Shown one piece after another: positions 47,624 to 52,198 of a stretch of 52,198 bases of DNA. The translations under genes were made by a program, and so were the position numbers. The first letter of the stretch is position 1. Each line of letters begins with the position of its first letter. The notes beneath the pieces are model-generated. The model searched no databases and had not been told where the DNA came from. It saw only the letters and a program-made list of their open reading frames with translations. Source of the stretch: a virus; IMG/VR virus record IMGVR_UViG_3300012927_000002, positions 1 to 52,198 of that record. The stretch is one strand, 5' to 3'.

Positions 47624-48148
47624 CTAGCACCCCTTCGCGAGCAGCATCGTGGAGATCAGTACCCAGACCGCGCTCACCCCGCCCACGACCTTGAGCGCGA
47701 TCAGGCGCCAGTGGTCTCGGCGCTTCTTGGCCTCCTCGATCGCCGACAGCTCTCGGGCCTCGTGGATCTTCAGCTCGGTGGTGACCGTAGCGGTCCGGGT
47801 CGTCGAGGTCTCGGTCATCTCGATCGCGCGGTCGGCCACCAGGATCTCGAGCTGGCCGCCCATCTTCGCGGTGTCCGCCGACAGCTCCGACAGGTGGCCA
47901 GCGAACCCATCCATCTTGGCGTCCATCGCCCGGAGATCGCTGCGCAGCTCGGCGCGGACGGCGGAGACCTGCCCCGCGAGCTCGGAGGTGGCGGACTTCA
48001 CGCGGCCGTCGACCTTCGAGATCGCCGCCCGCGTGCTCTGCGGCAGCGGGGTCAGCTCGTTGTCCCAGTCCATCTCGGGCGGCGCGGTCTGCGCGCGAAC
48101 GCCGGCCGGCGGCGTCTTGACCCGGTAGCGGTCGCGTTCGTCGGTCAT
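47624..48148 (-). CDS. Tail-anchored coiled-coil membrane protein (lysis-associated? function unknown)
   Basis: 174 aa. C-terminal TM WRLIALKVVGGVSAVWVLISTMLLA. The stop lies immediately before the i-spanin GTG. Confidence 0.5.
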   Translation of the reverse strand: MTDERDRYRVKTPPAGVRAQTAPPEMDWDNELTPLPQSTRAAISKVDGRVKSATSELAGQVSAVRAELRSDLRAMDAKMDGFAGHLSELSADTAKMGGQLEILVADRAIEMTETSTTRTATVTTELKIHEARELSAIEEAKKRRDHWRLIALKVVGGVSAVWVLISTMLLAKGC

Positions 48149-48218
48149 CCTACCGAGTTACACGCCCCGGGAATGGATCGCAATCAGCACGTGGTGCAGC
48201 GAAAAGCTACATGCCGTC

Positions 48219-48917
48219 TCAGCGCCGGAAGATCGGAGTGAGATACCCGACATGCAGGAAGGTCCCGCCGCTCACGCTGATATTGAGCGCGAGCGCCATT
48301 CCGCTGACCAGTCCGCCGACGATGCCAACCGACGTGAAAGTCACCGTGGTCCATGTCGCGGGGACGTTGGTCGCGGTCACGCTTCCGGCCCCCGAGAATC
48401 CTGCGGCGTTGTAGCTGGACCGGAAGGCGAGCCCTGTGCCGACTGCGGCACCATCTGCGATGTCCACCGCCCCGTCGCCGAACACCTCCATCGAGAATCC
48501 CACGATGTTGTCCCCGACATCGAACGGGATCATCGTCTTGTAGACGCTTCCGGTTGTCAGCTTCCAGGCCAGGAAGTCGTTGACGCCGTTGGGGTTTACT
48601 ACGCAAACCGCGGTGCCGCCGAGCCACGTGGACGGGAAGATCCGTCGGGCGATCGGAGGGCGGTTGCTGCCCACAACCATGTCCTGCAGCTCGTCGAGCA
48701 GGGCCGCGGTGACGGGGTCGCCCGCGACGACGTTCAGGGTTCTGGCATCAGGAAGATTTCCCATGGCGGCGCATCCTTGTGGCGATGACGGCGCGTCGGC
48801 CGTCGGACTATCGAGCGAAGCGTCGAGCATCGGCTCGTACGAATCGCCGTCGTAGAACGAGCATGAACAGAGGAGTAAGGCGAGCGCGAGATGCTTCATG
48901 ATTGCATTTGTAGTCAT
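48219..48917 (-). CDS. Lipoprotein-signal-bearing beta-rich protein in the tail-fibre slot
   Basis: 232 aa. The N-terminus (MTTNAI)MKHLALALLLCSCSF looks like a signal/lipobox. The remainder is Gly/Val/Thr-rich and beta-type. It lies downstream of the gp48-like gene. Confidence 0.55.
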   Translation of the reverse strand: MTTNAIMKHLALALLLCSCSFYDGDSYEPMLDASLDSPTADAPSSPQGCAAMGNLPDARTLNVVAGDPVTAALLDELQDMVVGSNRPPIARRIFPSTWLGGTAVCVVNPNGVNDFLAWKLTTGSVYKTMIPFDVGDNIVGFSMEVFGDGAVDIADGAAVGTGLAFRSSYNAAGFSGAGSVTATNVPATWTTVTFTSVGIVGGLVSGMALALNISVSGGTFLHVGYLTPIFRR

Positions 48918-48941
48918 TGCTATCTAAAAGCGCAAGGCGTG

Positions 48942-50894
48942 CTAGTATCCGCCGAGCGGGCCGAGGTCGGTCCCGGTCGCGGGGTCGTCGGTCAGCATCG
49001 CGCGCTTGGTGATGAACGCGACGTGCGTGTACGCGTGCTTGATGCTCTCGAGCACTGACTGGGCGCCCCGGACATCGGGAGAGAAGCCAAGCGCTGAGTC
49101 CAGGAAGACGTAGGCGTTGAACGGTCGGGTGCCGAAGGTGTCGCGCACCTTGAAGTTGTCGACGTCGACCTGCGACGCCCCAGCCGTCGCTCCGCCAGCG
49201 GTGCGCATGTACACGCCAGTCCAGTGCGCCACCGTCGGGTGCGTGATGTTCGGCGAGAGCGTGAACGGTCCGGCCTCGGCGGTGACAGACCAAGCCGCCG
49301 CCCAAAGCCCGTCGGTGGTCTGCTGGAAGACGTGCAGCCAGAGCGCCGCTGGGTTGCCGCCAAGCGTGGCCTGGTCGACCGCGCCCTGCGACACGCCGGC
49401 GATGAACGACTCGGTGAAGATATGGAACGCGCCGGCGACATCACGCAGACCGACGAGCAGGAAGTTGCCGTGGGCCCGCTCCGCGAAGAACACGCCGACC
49501 TCGAGATTCGCCTGGGGCGTGGTCATGGCCAGCTTCGCGATCGCGTGGGCCTGCTTGCCACCACCGGACAGGGCGAGCTGCATGTAGCGCCATCCGCCCG
49601 TGGTGTCGGCGGCGAACGCGAACGTGCCGGCAGCGCGAGAGCTTCGTGCCCCAACCCCCGCCGCCGTCCAGGTCGCGGCCGGTGTCACATCCCAGCGGAG
49701 CGGGTCGATGGTCGCGAACTCGTCGACGATCGTATTGGAGAACGCGATGAACTCGAGGTCATCGATGCTGGCTCCGCCGAGCAGTCCGACGAGAGCATCG
49801 CCGATCCCCGGGATCGAGATGCCGCGGCGCTGCCGCAGGCGGGCGACCACGCGCGCCCGGCGCGTGTCGATGTCGTGGTTCGGAAAGGGCGTGGGCCTGG
49901 TCACCGTCTCCCAGTCGTCAAGCACCGAGCCGTAGGCCCGGCCCGGCAGCGCGTTGGCGCGGAAGTTCTCGATCTGGGCGGCGGCGTAGCCGAGCGCGTG
50001 ACCGATCATCCGGGTCTCGAGCGCCTGGTCAGACGACGGGTCGAGCGACAGCGGGAAGCCCTGGTCGTGCATGTCGACGAACAGGCTGTGGCCGAGTGGC
50101 TGGTAGAGCGTGAGCCGCAGCCAGGTTGCCTCCACCTCCTCGTGCGTCAGCTCGCGCGGCACGATCATGATCTCGTCGATGATCCCATCGAAGAACAGCG
50201 CGTCGGTGCTGTCCCATCGCGTGCCGACCTGGAACGTTCCGGTGGTGCCTCCGCCGATCGATCCGAACACGTTGACGTTCTCGCCGAGTAGTAGATCGCC
50301 GATGTAGTAGCGGACCACCACGCTGGTGGGTGACACCCACCGCCGGGTCGCGGTGAGCAGCGTGAACGTGTTGGGCGGACACGTGATCGAAACGCCGGCG
50401 TCGGTTCGGATCACGCTGCCAACGTCCTCCCAGAACATCCGCATCGTGCCGGTGAACGTCGATGTGCTGGTGACGACCAGCTCGAGCCCGTAGCAGATCT
50501 GATCCGCGGCCGGACCGTTGTTGAGGCCCCGGGAGACCACGTTGGCGATGTCGGTCTGCACCGCGGCGTTCCACGACAGAATCGTCTGGATCGTGACATC
50601 GCGCGTAAGGAGTGACGCGCCCGGCGTGGCGTCCTTCGCGCCAAGGCCCGTGTGCGACAGCGCGACGAACCTCCGCCCGCGCCCCGTGAAGGCATCCACC
50701 ACGGCGGGCACGGTGAGGAACGTGGTGATCTGGCTGAGCTTGGTCAGGTCGTTGAGCGAGCCCGCATCGTCCTTCGGGTGGATCGCGGTCGCCGTCTCGT
50801 TGAACCGCAGGAGCACCACCGCGTCCTCGTCGAACAGCCCGATGGTGCCGGGCGGCGAGAGGTTCATCGTCTTGTCAGCGCCCGGCGCCATCAC
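48942..50894 (-). CDS. Baseplate protein: N-terminal LamG/ConA-like domain fused to a Mu gp48 / P2 gpI-like (DUF2313) module with an inserted domain
   Basis: 650 aa. ...ALFFDGIIDEIMIVPRELTHEEVEATWLRL is a LamG-type ending. YGSVLDDWETVTRPTPFPNHDIDTRRARVVARLRQRRG and the C-terminal ...LESIKHAYTHVAFI fit the gp48/gpI type. Confidence 0.6.
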   Translation of the reverse strand: MMAPGADKTMNLSPPGTIGLFDEDAVVLLRFNETATAIHPKDDAGSLNDLTKLSQITTFLTVPAVVDAFTGRGRRFVALSHTGLGAKDATPGASLLTRDVTIQTILSWNAAVQTDIANVVSRGLNNGPAADQICYGLELVVTSTSTFTGTMRMFWEDVGSVIRTDAGVSITCPPNTFTLLTATRRWVSPTSVVVRYYIGDLLLGENVNVFGSIGGGTTGTFQVGTRWDSTDALFFDGIIDEIMIVPRELTHEEVEATWLRLTLYQPLGHSLFVDMHDQGFPLSLDPSSDQALETRMIGHALGYAAAQIENFRANALPGRAYGSVLDDWETVTRPTPFPNHDIDTRRARVVARLRQRRGISIPGIGDALVGLLGGASIDDLEFIAFSNTIVDEFATIDPLRWDVTPAATWTAAGVGARSSRAAGTFAFAADTTGGWRYMQLALSGGGKQAHAIAKLAMTTPQANLEVGVFFAERAHGNFLLVGLRDVAGAFHIFTESFIAGVSQGAVDQATLGGNPAALWLHVFQQTTDGLWAAAWSVTAEAGPFTLSPNITHPTVAHWTGVYMRTAGGATAGASQVDVDNFKVRDTFGTRPFNAYVFLDSALGFSPDVRGAQSVLESIKHAYTHVAFITKRAMLTDDPATGTDLGPLGGY

Positions 50895-52198
50895 GCCCTC
50901 CGGATCAGGACGGAGCCCGGGGTGACGTAGTGGATCTGCGCGTCGAGCGGAAAGGCATCATCGACGGCCTCGTAGTCGGCGGCCGGCGTGGTGATCACCG
51001 CGTTGCCAACCCCGGCCTTGAACATCGCGATCTTGAACAAGGTCGCGCGCACGACGCCGCCCGACCAACTCAGGCTGTCGTTGTAGATCCCGCCCGGGTT
51101 CGCAGAGCCGAGCCCGTCGGCCAGGACGTCGAGCCCAACCACCGACTGCACGGCGCCGGCGCGCAGCGGCGTGAGACCGCGGCCGGCGTAGACGATCTCG
51201 CCGGCGAGGTGGCCGACGATGGCATCACGGACCGGCGTGACCAGCGGGCCGCCCGAGAAGATCTTGTCGGTCCCCAGCGGCGCGACCGGGGGGAGCTTCT
51301 CGAGGATGACCTTGTTGCTCGCCGACAGCGACTCGATGCGGAACTCGGTTCCGTCCTGCGCGCTCGCGACGCCCTGGAACGACAAGCGGTGGCCGGCGTG
51401 GAGCGAGGCGGGCAACGTCGCCGAGAACGTGAGCTCGCGCGTGGTCGAGTTGAACGCCGAGACGGTGAATCCGGCGCTGTCGTCCCAGTCGAACGCGAAC
51501 GCGGCCTGACCGTTGGACGTCAGGCGGATCTCGATGTTCCGGGGATCCGGGATCGTGGTCAGCATGCGGAGCCCGCCGCCGGTCCCGGTGACCTGGAACG
51601 GGGCCAGGGTCTGGATGTACGCCTTGACGGTGGCCAGGTCGGTCGGGGTCATGGTCCGCGCCGCGCCGACGCCGGCGTAGAACGCCACCACGTCGATCGT
51701 GCCGCGGCCCGCGCGCTCGGGGTAGGCGTAGGCCGTGGCCACCGTGTTGAGCGAGGCGAGCGCCCACTTCACGAAGTCCGCCTGGTTGCCGCCGCTCGGC
51801 GTCTGCGAGAACGTCGACAGCACGCGACCGCGATAGCTGCCGAACTGCTCGGCGTCGAAGCCGTCGAGGTCGAGATCCTTCTGCAGAACCACGGCGGTCT
51901 GGATGCCCGCCGGCGGCGCCAGGAAGTTGAGCACCTCGCCGGCGAGGAGCCGGGTCTGGGAGCCGGTGTCGATGCCCACGATGTCGGCGTCGGCGAAGCT
52001 GTCGGGATCCGTGATGATGCCGGGGATCGTGACATTGGAGTTGAGCTTGAACAGGAGCCCGGTGTTGGCGTGCTGCAGCTGCAGGCCGGTGGTGGCCGTC
52101 GAGGTCGCCGCGCCGGTTACGCGCCCGGCGGCGAGCTGGCGCGCCGGCGTCGCCGTCTTCTTGGGCACCCCGACCGCGTTACCCCAGTCGAGGATGGG
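50891..52198 (-). CDS. Baseplate J-like protein (Mu gp47 type), 3' part; the 5' end lies at 1-330 across the circular junction
   Basis: The reading frame is open to the window end. 52076-52198 duplicates 1-123. The position between the gp25-like and gp48-like genes fits baseplate J. Confidence 0.8.
   Translation of the reverse strand, partial: PILDWGNAVGVPKKTATPARQLAAGRVTGAATSTATTGLQLQHANTGLLFKLNSNVTIPGIITDPDSFADADIVGIDTGSQTRLLAGEVLNFLAPPAGIQTAVVLQKDLDLDGFDAEQFGSYRGRVLSTFSQTPSGGNQADFVKWALASLNTVATAYAYPERAGRGTIDVVAFYAGVGAARTMTPTDLATVKAYIQTLAPFQVTGTGGGLRMLTTIPDPRNIEIRLTSNGQAAFAFDWDDSAGFTVSAFNSTTRELTFSATLPASLHAGHRLSFQGVASAQDGTEFRIESLSASNKVILEKLPPVAPLGTDKIFSGGPLVTPVRDAIVGHLAGEIVYAGRGLTPLRAGAVQSVVGLDVLADGLGSANPGGIYNDSLSWSGGVVRATLFKIAMFKAGVGNAVITTPAADYEAVDDAFPLDAQIHYVTPGSVLIRRA
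52076..52198. repeat. Terminal direct overlap, identical to 1-123
   Basis: See the first feature. Confidence 0.95.

Overview
The window appears to be one complete, circularly closed genome of a tailed phage with a contractile tail. Nt 1-123 are identical to nt 52076-52198, so the unique length is about 52,075 bp, and a baseplate J gene reads in frame across the junction. G+C is high, roughly two-thirds by eye.

All calls come from reading the six-frame track and the DNA. No search was run, so family names are recalled signatures, not database hits.

Layout:
- **22224 down to 17020 (minus strand):** an XRE-type regulator followed by about 17 small, translationally coupled genes. These include an NrdR-like zinc ribbon, a RuvC-like resolvase, a Gly/Tyr/Phe/Asp low-complexity protein and several Cys-rich proteins.
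- **17039 down to 1, then across the junction to 48942:** a Mu-like morphogenesis operon. It runs terS, terL, DUF935-type portal, protease/scaffold, decoration protein, gpT-type capsid, connectors, sheath, tube, frameshifted chaperone, tape measure and gp43-48-like baseplate.
- **48917 down to 46012:** a lipoprotein-like ORF and a lysis cassette with a tail-anchored protein, overlapping spanins, a holin-like protein and a SAR-type cysteine-peptidase endolysin.
- **44497-46022 (plus strand):** a two-gene cassette (RHH protein plus a 415-aa unknown) that is the only plus-strand unit in the late region. I rank it the best candidate for an undescribed accessory system.
- **44441 down to 40009:** a separate fibre operon. 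It includes a 1052-aa protein with about 11 copies of an SWxPxFPDxxPR module.
- **23197-29595 (plus strand):** small early genes preceded by a repeated, phased intergenic element. They include a pentapeptide-repeat protein.
- **33855 down to 29641 (minus strand):** a recombination operon with RecT, an HNH endonuclease and a Cas4-like nuclease.
- **33919-39913 (plus strand):** a replication operon with a wHTH protein, a ParB-like protein, a primase, a SLOG/YpsA-like protein and a DnaB-like helicase.

I saw no integrase, transposase, tRNA or CRISPR array. A roughly 970-bp AT-rich non-coding control region (22225-23196) carries several palindromes and hairpins.
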